Made by a program: the position numbers and the translations under genes. The notes below the pieces were generated by a model, which had not been told where the DNA came from, did not search any database, and was given only the letters and a program-made list of their open reading frames with translations. A DNA stretch of 64,000 bases, taken from the NCBI GenBank assembly GCA_048885525.1, contig JBHLLP010000008.1, forward strand, positions 32,001 to 96,000, read 5' to 3'. Positions 1 to 8,227 of the stretch are shown piece after piece. This stretch comes from Candidatus Hermodarchaeota archaeon. Lineage in GTDB: Archaea; Asgardarchaeota; Lokiarchaeia; Sigyniarchaeales; SOKP01. Positions within the stretch are counted from its first letter, which is position 1; each line of letters starts with the position of its first letter.

Positions 1-969
1 GAGAACACCATATGATTTTAAATATTCAATTTGATTCTTAGGGGCACAAGCACAAGAAATCATATCTAAATTAATATGAAAAACACTACCTTTATGAAAT
101 TCACCTTCATGATTATTTACAAAAATCCTAGAGCCCATGGTTCCTAGTTCTTCAGCGGAGAATTGACAAAACCAAATATTAAAGTTATCAAGTAGGTAGT
201 CTTTAAAATATTCACTTAGTTCAAACACTACTGCCATCCCGGAAGCATTATCTAAAGCTCCTGGTGACTTATTATGCGTATTTAAAAACATCAAAAACAA
301 ATTTGAAATTGATATGAGTATGGTAAAGATCCAAATACCACTCCCTATGATTAGAAGATTTACTTCAATTACGGTAAAAACGTGAAAAAATAAAATTGTA
401 AAAAAGCCACTAAGAAAAATTCCACTATATAACCAGACTCTATAAAAAAAAACTCTCCAATAAGTTTTAAAAGATTGAGATTTGGAATCTAAATGAGCAG
501 AAATAATTATATTACCCGCAATATTGGATAGTAAATTTTTTGCTGGTAATTTTACAAAGACATTAGTTGCTGAAATTGTTTTCCCATAATATTCTCCCCA
601 AAAACCCGGATGTTCAGGATGTTTTAAACCTTTAATAATTAAAAAAAATATTAATGCCATAATTACACATATAATAATTGTATAAAATATGTTTATATAC
701 GTAAACATCAAGATAAATAGCGAAAAGGTTAAGTTAATAACCATTATTAATTTTATAAGTGTAGTAGAGTAGAAATCAGAAAACTCAAAAGAATTTTTTT
801 GAATTTGCTTCTCTTTAAATCCAATATTTTTAAAAGTCTTTATTGTTAATTCAACAGCTTTTTTTTCTCCACTTGTTCCAGCAAGACGAGGAAAGCTGAA
901 ATTTTTAACATAATCAAATAAACGATCAACATTAAACAAAGTTTCTCTAATAGAATTCCCAGATTTCAA
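1..969 (-). CDS. Membrane-embedded M28 family metallopeptidase (3' end beyond window)
   Basis: Not in the ORF track; hand-translated from TTG at 969: MKSGNSIRE..FSFPRLAGTSGEKKA..IISAHLDSK..PGALDNASG..FSAEELGTMGS..NLDMI. M28 Zn-binding motifs with hydrophobic inserts. Confidence 0.85.
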   Translation of the reverse strand, partial: MKSGNSIRETLFNVDRLFDYVKNFSFPRLAGTSGEKKAVELTIKTFKNIGFKEKQIQKNSFEFSDFYSTTLIKLIMVINLTFSLFILMFTYINIFYTIIICVIMALIFFLIIKGLKHPEHPGFWGEYYGKTISATNVFVKLPAKNLLSNIAGNIIISAHLDSKSQSFKTYWRVFFYRVWLYSGIFLSGFFTILFFHVFTVIEVNLLIIGSGIWIFTILISISNLFLMFLNTHNKSPGALDNASGMAVVFELSEYFKDYLLDNFNIWFCQFSAEELGTMGSRIFVNNHEGEFHKGSVFHINLDMISCACAPKNQIEYLKSYGVL

Positions 970-1061
970 CTTTTATCAAAAATAATTACATATTATGATT
1001 AAATATTGTAAATTTTCATTATTATATTGAAAATAGTTGTTTCTTGATTTTTTTTTATGAC

Positions 1062-1667
1062 TTAACTCATATCTTTTAGCCTATTCATAATAATTTTTTG
1101 AATCCTTTCTTGAACAAATTCTATTATATCATCAGAACTGATAATGGAGTACCCATTTTGTTTAGCACGTCTGGTATAAAGATCTCTTGCTTTATCTAAA
1201 AAAGAAATATCCTCAAATTTTTCCCAATCTTGAATTTCTTTTCTTTCTAATGCCGTTTTTGGATCAATATCTAAAATAATTGTTATATCAGGGAGGTCTA
1301 CAAATTTATTTATTTCTATAATCCATTCAACAGAAATCTGATCTGATTGTATCGATTGATATACGATTGAAGATTCTAAATAGCGATCAGATATAACTAT
1401 ATATCCCTCTTCGAGCTTTTTCTTAATTTCATTATGAAAATGTAAGTTTCTGTCAGTAGCAAATAGTAATGCATCAGTGGCTGGTGGTACATTTTCATCT
1501 TTTAAATATTTCCTTATTAATTTACCAATATCACTTTCAGATGGTTCCTTCGTCAAATAAACTTTAAATCCTTTACTTTCTAAAAATCCTTTAAGAAGGT
1601 GACTATGAGTGCTTGTACCTGATCCATCTATCCCCTCCAATGCGATAAATAAAGATGTTTGCTTCAA
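1062..1667 (-). CDS. tmk: Thymidylate (dTMP) kinase
   Basis: FIALEGIDGSGTST P-loop, TKEP, VISDRYLESSIVYQ, PDITIILDID. Confidence 0.93.
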   Translation of the reverse strand: MKQTSLFIALEGIDGSGTSTHSHLLKGFLESKGFKVYLTKEPSESDIGKLIRKYLKDENVPPATDALLFATDRNLHFHNEIKKKLEEGYIVISDRYLESSIVYQSIQSDQISVEWIIEINKFVDLPDITIILDIDPKTALERKEIQDWEKFEDISFLDKARDLYTRRAKQNGYSIISSDDIIEFVQERIQKIIMNRLKDMS

Positions 1668-1868
1668 ATTAGTTCGAAAAATTAATTATATTTTAGCTAA
1701 ATTTCAACTAAGATTTAGTAAATTATAATCAATAAAGACTCATTTTTTTTATTTTTAATTAACTCAATTTATTAAGAATTTAACAAATTGAGACACTATA
1801 AAATATTGAAATAAACTCTTATAAAATCCCACCACAAAAATTAAAATGAATAAATTGTCTTATTAAAA

Positions 1869-2258
1869 ATGAAAGAAATGGGTAATAAAAAGAGATTTGC
1901 ATATTGTAAGAATTGTGAAAAGGAAATTTTCAAGCCAAAAAGAAAATCCATAGAGAATATGTACATTAATATCTGGATTCTTGCTATTATTTCTTCATTG
2001 GGTTTTGCACTAGCACCATTTCTTATTTATCGATATGGGATTTTGAAAAGAGATATCTGTCCATATTGCCATAATCACCTAAGCTTCTACAGTACTCGTG
2101 AAGAAATTCCAGAACCTAAAACCCAAATTGTGCGAATACTTCAAAAAATTGAAGATGAAAAAAAAGAAAAAGAACAAGTCTATTGTCCGTATTGCAAACA
2201 AGAAATAATGAAAGATACAGAAATTTGCCCTAGTTGCGGTGCTCAACTAATAGAATAA
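1869..2258 (+). CDS. LITAF-like zinc-ribbon membrane protein with C-terminal zinc ribbon
   Basis: CKNC - hydrophobic stretch - CPYC, then CPYC..CPSCG. Confidence 0.7.
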   Translation: MKEMGNKKRFAYCKNCEKEIFKPKRKSIENMYINIWILAIISSLGFALAPFLIYRYGILKRDICPYCHNHLSFYSTREEIPEPKTQIVRILQKIEDEKKEKEQVYCPYCKQEIMKDTEICPSCGAQLIE

Positions 2259-2334
2259 AAATTTATATTAATAAAACTATTCATTATCTTAAAGTCTAAA
2301 GCAATTATAAAAAAATAATTTAAAATCACTGAAA

Positions 2335-2712
2335 ATGACAACTAAAAATCCTACGGGATATTGCAGCCGTTGTAACCAAAATGTCCTCTTAAAACGTGAG
2401 GATATTGATACGTGTCTTGCTATAATACTACTGATCTTTACTGCTGGAATTGGTTTATTAATATATTTAGCTTGGTATTATTCACGCCCAGAAGAACATT
2501 GCATTCATTGCGGGGCAAAGATAACTCCTTTTCAAACGCAAAGCCCATATTCATCTCAACCTCAAACCCAACCACCTTCTTATTCAACACCCTTAAATGT
2601 ATCTGAAGAAGTAACAGGAGCTAGAGCTAATTTTTGCGCTTTATGTGGAGAAAAACTAGATCTAGGCATAAGATTTTGTCCGAACTGCGGGAGTCAAATT
2701 ACAGAAAATTAA
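2335..2712 (+). CDS. LITAF-like zinc-ribbon membrane protein, P/Q-rich linker with PPSY, C-terminal zinc ribbon
   Basis: CSRC - LAIILLIFTAGIGLLIY - HCIHC; QPPSYS; CALC..CPNCG. Confidence 0.72.
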   Translation: MTTKNPTGYCSRCNQNVLLKREDIDTCLAIILLIFTAGIGLLIYLAWYYSRPEEHCIHCGAKITPFQTQSPYSSQPQTQPPSYSTPLNVSEEVTGARANFCALCGEKLDLGIRFCPNCGSQITEN

Positions 2713-2755
2713 ATATTTAAGTTTTTTTCTTAATAACTTTATTTTTACATTTCAC

Positions 2756-2780
2756 TTTTAAAAATTGGACTCCAATTTTT
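2756..2780 (+). promoter_or_regulatory. TATA-like box overlapping palindrome AAAATTGG-ACT-CCAATTTT (motif copy 1 of 3)
   Basis: TTTTAAAAATTGGACTC also occurs on the - strand at 39752-39768 (identical) and 38330-38346 (1 mismatch), each upstream of a gene. Confidence 0.55.
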
Positions 2781-2844
2781 TTTAATTCGATTAAGATCTC
2801 CTAGAAATTAAAAAAAAAAACATTTAATTTGGAGTGATAGAAAA

Positions 2845-3213
2845 GTGTATTGTCCGAAATGTAATACAAATGTATATACAAAAAAAAATGATTTTAATAT
2901 AGGTTTGGCGATTTTTTTAGCTATATTCACTGGAGGTATCGGTCTCTTAATTTATGTTGCGATCTATTTAGACAAGGAACATAAACCTCGATGTATACAC
3001 TGTAATAGTGTCTGTTATGAACAAAAAGAAATTAATCACCCAGTTTCAAGTTACCAAGTTATAACTACATCTCATCAGTTAGGTAATCAAAAAGTTATTT
3101 TAGAATCACAGAAAGTTGAGGACAAAGCAACTTTTTGTTATAATTGTGGATCTGAACTAGATCAGAGTGAAAATGCTAAATTCTGTGCACTTTGCGGAAG
3201 TTTAATCAATTAA
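2845..3213 (+). CDS. LITAF-like zinc-ribbon membrane protein, paralog of 2335-2712
   Basis: CPKC - LAIFLAIFTGGIGLLIY - CIHC; CYNC..CALCG; GGAGTGA RBS, GTG start. Confidence 0.72.
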   Translation: MYCPKCNTNVYTKKNDFNIGLAIFLAIFTGGIGLLIYVAIYLDKEHKPRCIHCNSVCYEQKEINHPVSSYQVITTSHQLGNQKVILESQKVEDKATFCYNCGSELDQSENAKFCALCGSLIN

Positions 3214-3224
3214 AGTTCATTTTT

Positions 3225-4133
3225 TTATTCCTTTTTTTCTTTTAAAATTTTCATGAATTCATAAAAATATTTATATGAGTTTTTAAAATGGTTATCTTCC
3301 TTCGAATATTCCAAGCCTTCAGTAAAAAGTTTTGTAAAGCCATTTAAGTCTTTATTTTTAATTACAGCCTTATATTCTTTGACTAAATCTTCGAATATAT
3401 CTAAAACTTTAAGAAATTCCTTATTTTCTATTTGAATTTCTCCGAACATTTCCATTTCTCTCTGAATAATACTTTCAGAAAAAACTTTTTGCAATAAAAA
3501 AGTTGTACCGGTATATAATGTCAATTCATTTAATGGTTCATTCATTCTTTTTAAAAGATTTAAAAATAAGATATTGAACATATGTGGTACTCCTAAGGTT
3601 AAAGCAATCCGAGAATCATGGATATCAGGTGTAGTTTCAGTAAGAATAAGTCCATCAGATCTAAATATTTCTAACAGTTCATTAACTTTTTCATCGTATT
3701 GTTCTGTTCCGCCAATTCTTAAAATGATCATTACATAGTTTTTCATCGTTTTTATTCCTGGTCCAAACATCGGATGAAGGGATAAACAGTTTATAGGATA
3801 GATCTTATGAATTTCGTTTAATATTTTATGAATATCTTTTTTTAAGGACGTAATATCAAAAAGTAATGAGTTTTCTTTCATCATAGGTGCGATTTTTTTA
3901 ATCATCTCTGGGGTAGATTTAATAGGGACTGAGATCATCACTACATCTGCATTTTCAACACTTTTTTTAAGATCTAGTTTATATTCAACCCCTAAAGTTT
4001 CAGCAACAGTCTTCAATTTATTTTCATTTTGAGCAAATAGTGTAATTTTAAATCCATGTTGATTAAAATATCTAGCAAATACTTTACCCATTCCCCCTGA
4101 ACCACCAATAATAGTTAAATTTTTATCCAACAT
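3225..4133 (-). CDS. tyrA: Prephenate/arogenate dehydrogenase
   Basis: IIGGSGGMG Rossmann motif, DITSLK, SLHPMFGP; start trimmed to MLDKN. Confidence 0.9.
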   Translation of the reverse strand: MLDKNLTIIGGSGGMGKVFARYFNQHGFKITLFAQNENKLKTVAETLGVEYKLDLKKSVENADVVMISVPIKSTPEMIKKIAPMMKENSLLFDITSLKKDIHKILNEIHKIYPINCLSLHPMFGPGIKTMKNYVMIILRIGGTEQYDEKVNELLEIFRSDGLILTETTPDIHDSRIALTLGVPHMFNILFLNLLKRMNEPLNELTLYTGTTFLLQKVFSESIIQREMEMFGEIQIENKEFLKVLDIFEDLVKEYKAVIKNKDLNGFTKLFTEGLEYSKEDNHFKNSYKYFYEFMKILKEKKE

Positions 4134-4137
4134 TATT

Positions 4138-5001
4138 TCACCCCAGAAATTCAATAACTTTAGTTCTCATCAAATTAATATTTGGTTTTCTATTAGTCCA
4201 CCACTCAAATGCTATAGCACCCTGATTAACTAGCATATTTAAACCCTCTAATATTTGACATCCTTTTTCAGTCGCATCTTTTATTAATTTAGTATTTAGA
4301 GGATTATAAACTACATCAAAAACAAATAAGCCTTCATGTAAAAAATCAGCAGGTATTGGAGATTGATCAATATTTGGATACATTCCTAGAGGTGTAGTAT
4401 TGATCAGGATGTCAGCTTTTTTAGATTCTTGCTTCAAAATGCTAATACTATTACTTTTTCCTTCAATTTTATTATTAAAATATTTATTAATTTCATTCGC
4501 AAGTTTCACAGCCTTTTTTTCAGTTCTATTTGCGATCACTATCTTATTTGCATCTTCAGCCATAATATAAACTAAAGCTCTCGCTGTTCCCCCGGCTCCT
4601 AATAGTAAAATGTTTTTTCCTTGAATTGTGTATCCTGCATTTAATAATGCATTCATAGCACCCTCTGCATCTGTATTTCTACCAATAAAATATCCTTCAT
4701 CATTTTTTATAGTGTTTACAGCACCAATTTTAAGTGCTAAAGGATCAATTTCATCTAAATATTTCATGATCTCTTGTTTAAATGGAAGTGTTACATTAAT
4801 TCCAATGATATTGAATGCTCTGAAACCCTTCATAGCAAATTTCAAATTAGAAGGAAAAATATTGAATGCTAAATAAACATAATCAAGGTTAAATTGCCTT
4901 AATGCTGCATTATGCATTATCGGGCTCATTGAATGCTCAATTGGATGTCCAATAACACATAATATTTTTGTATTAGCTGTTATAGGATTTTTCTCTGTCA
5001 T
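4138..5001 (-). CDS. aroE: Shikimate dehydrogenase
   Basis: GHPIEHSMSPIMHN, GINVTLPFK, GAVNT, NTDAEG, GAGGTAR; start trimmed to MTEKN. Confidence 0.95.
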   Translation of the reverse strand: MTEKNPITANTKILCVIGHPIEHSMSPIMHNAALRQFNLDYVYLAFNIFPSNLKFAMKGFRAFNIIGINVTLPFKQEIMKYLDEIDPLALKIGAVNTIKNDEGYFIGRNTDAEGAMNALLNAGYTIQGKNILLLGAGGTARALVYIMAEDANKIVIANRTEKKAVKLANEINKYFNNKIEGKSNSISILKQESKKADILINTTPLGMYPNIDQSPIPADFLHEGLFVFDVVYNPLNTKLIKDATEKGCQILEGLNMLVNQGAIAFEWWTNRKPNINLMRTKVIEFLG

Positions 5002-5107
5002 CTTTAAACATTTTATTATAGAATTAAAAATTAATAATATGTTTAACATTTTAATTATTTTATAATTATATTACTGAAAAAATAAAGATATGATTAATAA
5101 TTGAATC

Positions 5108-5671
5108 ATGAAAAAAATATCTCTTAGTCCAAAAATCTCTACTTTTCCAATGCCTGCTGCAGTCATTTCTGTAGGAATAGGGGAAGACGCGAATTTAATA
5201 ACTTTGGCCTATGTTGGAAAAGTATGCTTTAATCCCCCCATTATTGCTGTTTCTATCCAACCTAAGCGGCATTCTTATCAATTAATTGAAAAACATGGTG
5301 AGTTTGTAATTAATTATCCTACTATACACCAATTAAGAGAAACTGATTATTGTGGTACGCGTTCAGGACGAGAAGTTAATAAATGGAAAGAATTAAATTT
5401 AACCAAAGAACAAGCATCTATAGTAAAAGTTCCAATGATAAAGGAGTTTCCATGGAACATGGAATGTAAGGTATTAAAAAGAATCGAATTTGGATCACAT
5501 GTCAGTTATTTTGGGAGGGTGGTTGCTACTCATTCTGATCCTAAGTATGTTAAAAATGATGCACTAAATCCAGAAGAATTCAACTTCCCAGCATATATAG
5601 CGGGTAATTATCTTGAACTAAAAAAAGGTGCTATAGGAAAACATGGATTTTCAGAGGAATCGTGCCTTTAA
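5108..5671 (+). CDS. Flavin reductase-like FMN-binding protein
   Basis: FPMPAAVIS, GEFVINYP, DYCGTRSGR, MECKV..GSH. Confidence 0.85.
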   Translation: MKKISLSPKISTFPMPAAVISVGIGEDANLITLAYVGKVCFNPPIIAVSIQPKRHSYQLIEKHGEFVINYPTIHQLRETDYCGTRSGREVNKWKELNLTKEQASIVKVPMIKEFPWNMECKVLKRIEFGSHVSYFGRVVATHSDPKYVKNDALNPEEFNFPAYIAGNYLELKKGAIGKHGFSEESCL

Positions 5672-5717
5672 AGATACAAAAATAAACCAAAAAGTAAACT
5701 AATGAAAGTAATAAAAT

Positions 5718-6248
5718 ATGTCTAAAGATTCAATTGCTCTTATTGGTTTTATGGCTACCGGAAAATCAACTGTAGGTAGAGCGTTAGCTCAATATCTTGG
5801 TGATGATTATAAATTTCTTGAAATTGATCAACTAATAGTTCAAAAAACTGGTAAATCAATTCCACAAATTTTTGAAGAAGAGGGAGAAAGTAAATTTAGA
5901 GAATATGAAAGTTCAGTTTGTAAAGAAGTCTCTGAATTAAACAAAGTCGTAATTTCATGTGGGGGTGGAGTTGTTTTAAATAAGCTCAATATTGAAAATT
6001 TGAAGAAAAATTGTTATATTGTCCTATTAAAAGCTAATTTCGAAGAAATTTACAATAGAATATTAGAAAATGGAAAAGAAGCAAGACCAATTGTTAACAA
6101 GGAAGATACTGAAAGAGAAATAGTAAAAATTCTAAATTTTAGAAAGCCCTATTATGAAACAGCAGCAGAGATTGTTATTGACACCTCTGAAAAAAGAATT
6201 CAAAATATTGTTAGAGAGATTGTTATAAAAACCCAATTAAAAAGCTAA
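5718..6248 (+). CDS. aroK: Shikimate kinase, bacterial AroK type
   Basis: IGFMATGKSTVG, IFEEEGESKFREYE, SCGGGVV, RP, RKPYY. Confidence 0.92.
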   Translation: MSKDSIALIGFMATGKSTVGRALAQYLGDDYKFLEIDQLIVQKTGKSIPQIFEEEGESKFREYESSVCKEVSELNKVVISCGGGVVLNKLNIENLKKNCYIVLLKANFEEIYNRILENGKEARPIVNKEDTEREIVKILNFRKPYYETAAEIVIDTSEKRIQNIVREIVIKTQLKS

Positions 6249-6307
6249 ATTTAAATTCATTCACTCTACTAAATATTTAAAGTATTTAATATCAGAGTTA
6301 AGGTAAT

Positions 6308-6507
6308 ATGACAGAATTTAAAAGAGTTAAATGTCCCCAATGTGGCAATGAGAATCCACGTATGCTTCATGAGGAACCAGATAAGAGTAATGTGCTTTTC
6401 TATAGTATAAGTATTGCTATTTCAGCATGCTGCTGAAGCAGGGTACTCCGGTTTATTCAAAAAGCATAAAGTGTGGAGGATGCGGAAATCTCTTCAAAAA
6501 GGACTAA
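6308..6507 (+). CDS. Small zinc-ribbon protein (56 aa after splicing); join(6308..6408,6438..6507)
   Basis: Spliced translation MTEFKRVKCPQCGNENPRMLHEEPDKSNVLFYSMQGTPVYSKSIKCGGCGNLFKKD*; the two CxxC knuckles share a frame only after removing 29 nt; AAGGT RBS just upstream. Confidence 0.75.
6409..6437 (+). other. Putative 29-nt bulge-helix-bulge (BHB/BHL) intron in an mRNA
   Basis: Central helix UAGU/GCUG, 3-nt bulges AU^A and AA^G, intron helix AGUAUUGCU/AGCAUGCU; carries the in-frame TGA of the unspliced frame. Confidence 0.65.
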
Positions 6508-6601
6508 ATTGTTAAAGCATAATCAAATTTATTATTTTTCTTATTTTTTTATTCTAATTTACAATTCCAATGAAGAAGATTTTCAATGTTATCTTAAATG
6601 A

Positions 6602-7150
6602 TTAAAGACCAAAAGCAGTTTTTATGCTATTTAAATTAAAAATTGTGGTGTCAAACATTGTATACTTTATATTTTCTAATTTCAAATTTGGTTCAATCAT
6701 TTCTAAGAATTTTCCTTTGAGATTTCTCTCATCTGGAATATAATCAGGATCGTTTTTATGAAAAAGGAATACAAATTTAGCGTCAGGGCTGTATTTTTTA
6801 ATCAAGTTAAAAACACCTCTAAAGTACATCACCGAAGGAACAAGACGGTAGTAATCCTGAATATCTACCACATAATAAAAGAACGAAATTGTTTGAAAAT
6901 ATCTTTCAGCATTCAATAAGTAATCATTACGATATGATTCTTGTCCTCCAAAATCCCAGATCTTAGTTTCTTTCTTAAAAAATAAGACAGTACTTCTTTC
7001 TATACCTTTTGTTGGATTCATACTGGGAGGTTTATTAGGTGCTTCACTAATTTTTCCTGTAAGAACATCCAGTATGGTGGTTTTTCCAGCATTTTCCATA
7101 CCCATGATTACAAGCTTTATTGGTAGTTCTTCATCTTCTGGATTATTCAT
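6602..7150 (-). CDS. Small GTPase, Rag/Gtr- or Arf-like Asgard family
   Basis: G1 GMENAGKTT, G2 PTKG, G3 WDFGGQ, G4 HKND, G5 DTTIF. Confidence 0.9.
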   Translation of the reverse strand: MNNPEDEELPIKLVIMGMENAGKTTILDVLTGKISEAPNKPPSMNPTKGIERSTVLFFKKETKIWDFGGQESYRNDYLLNAERYFQTISFFYYVVDIQDYYRLVPSVMYFRGVFNLIKKYSPDAKFVFLFHKNDPDYIPDERNLKGKFLEMIEPNLKLENIKYTMFDTTIFNLNSIKTAFGL

Positions 7151-7248
7151 GATTATTTCATCTTTTTAATTAACTTCATTTATTTTTAAAAAATATTATT
7201 GAAATGAATGAATTTAATAATATATTTAAATGATTGATAAAAAAGTAA

Positions 7249-8142
7249 TTAGCTTGATAATGTTGACGATTTTGAAAGAATATCTGAAAATTTATTCCAA
7301 AACTTTTCTATATCCCATTTCTTCCGCTTTTTATAGAGAGTTGATAATTCTATAAAGATTTGTTTAAATTTCAAAGATTGGAAATATGTGATGGATGATG
7401 CGAGAATTGAAAACATATAATCCTTCCTTCCACCTCTATAATCTTCATGGGGATAAGAATCAAAAAATATATATGCCATAATATTATAGTTTTTTAAAGG
7501 TATTAACAACCCTTCTCCACTTAAAATGGCATCATGACCATACATAGCTTTAACTCCATCGTAGAGTTGATCACTAATACTATTGAGCGAAGATTCTAAT
7601 ATAGTATCTTTAGGGAAATGATTTACCTTTTTTGGACCTATCACATCATCCCAATGTACTTCGATTAATACGATTAGATCTCCAGCTTTTTTAGGAACTA
7701 ATTGTTCTGTGATTTCATATGAAGAAAAAATCTCATTGATTTTTTCATTAATTAAATTAATTGTTTTATTACGTTTAATTTTACCAAAAACAATTGCTAA
7801 GAAATCTTCTTCATTAATTGGTTTTGTAAGATAATCATCTACTCCAAGCATCTTTCCAAATCGAACATCTTCAGGAGAATCAAGAGCAGATAAAAAGATG
7901 AATGGTACTTGACAATAAATCGGGTTATTAGAGACCGCCTCAAAAAAATCATAACCGTTCATTTCTGGCATCATAATATCACTAATAATAAGATCAGGGG
8001 AATCTTTCAACTCTGAAAGAACTTTTCGCCCCTCTTTTCCGTTTTCGGCCGTAATAACTTGGCAATCATTAAATTCTAACATCATTTTAAGATATTTCAA
8101 GATATTAGGGTCATCCTCAACCAAGATTATTAAAGGTTTCAT
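7249..8142 (-). CDS. Response regulator: receiver domain plus C-terminal uDENN/longin-like domain
   Basis: LVEDD, SDIMMPEMNG, FLSA, YLTKP; C-terminal VHWDDVIGPK..HFP; start trimmed to MKPLII (GAGGG RBS). Confidence 0.8.
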   Translation of the reverse strand: MKPLIILVEDDPNILKYLKMMLEFNDCQVITAENGKEGRKVLSELKDSPDLIISDIMMPEMNGYDFFEAVSNNPIYCQVPFIFLSALDSPEDVRFGKMLGVDDYLTKPINEEDFLAIVFGKIKRNKTINLINEKINEIFSSYEITEQLVPKKAGDLIVLIEVHWDDVIGPKKVNHFPKDTILESSLNSISDQLYDGVKAMYGHDAILSGEGLLIPLKNYNIMAYIFFDSYPHEDYRGGRKDYMFSILASSITYFQSLKFKQIFIELSTLYKKRKKWDIEKFWNKFSDILSKSSTLSS

Positions 8143-8227
8143 TTTTTTTCCCTCTTGAATAATATTGAAATTTAAATCTTTATTAAATTTAAATGTAACA
8201 TTAACTTTGTAACAAGAGGATGTAGCT

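Noticed and set aside
6308-6469. Reading TGA 6434 as selenocysteine (..SACC-U-SRVLRFIQKA*)
   Set aside because: Leaves a single CxxC and ignores the downstream CGGC knuckle; the 29-nt intron explains the locus better. Not formally excluded.
6570-6602. SECIS- or K-turn-like ATGAAGA...TGAT element downstream of the zinc-ribbon gene
   Set aside because: Only a 5-bp, asymmetric stem (AAGAT/ATCTT); too weak in AT-rich DNA.
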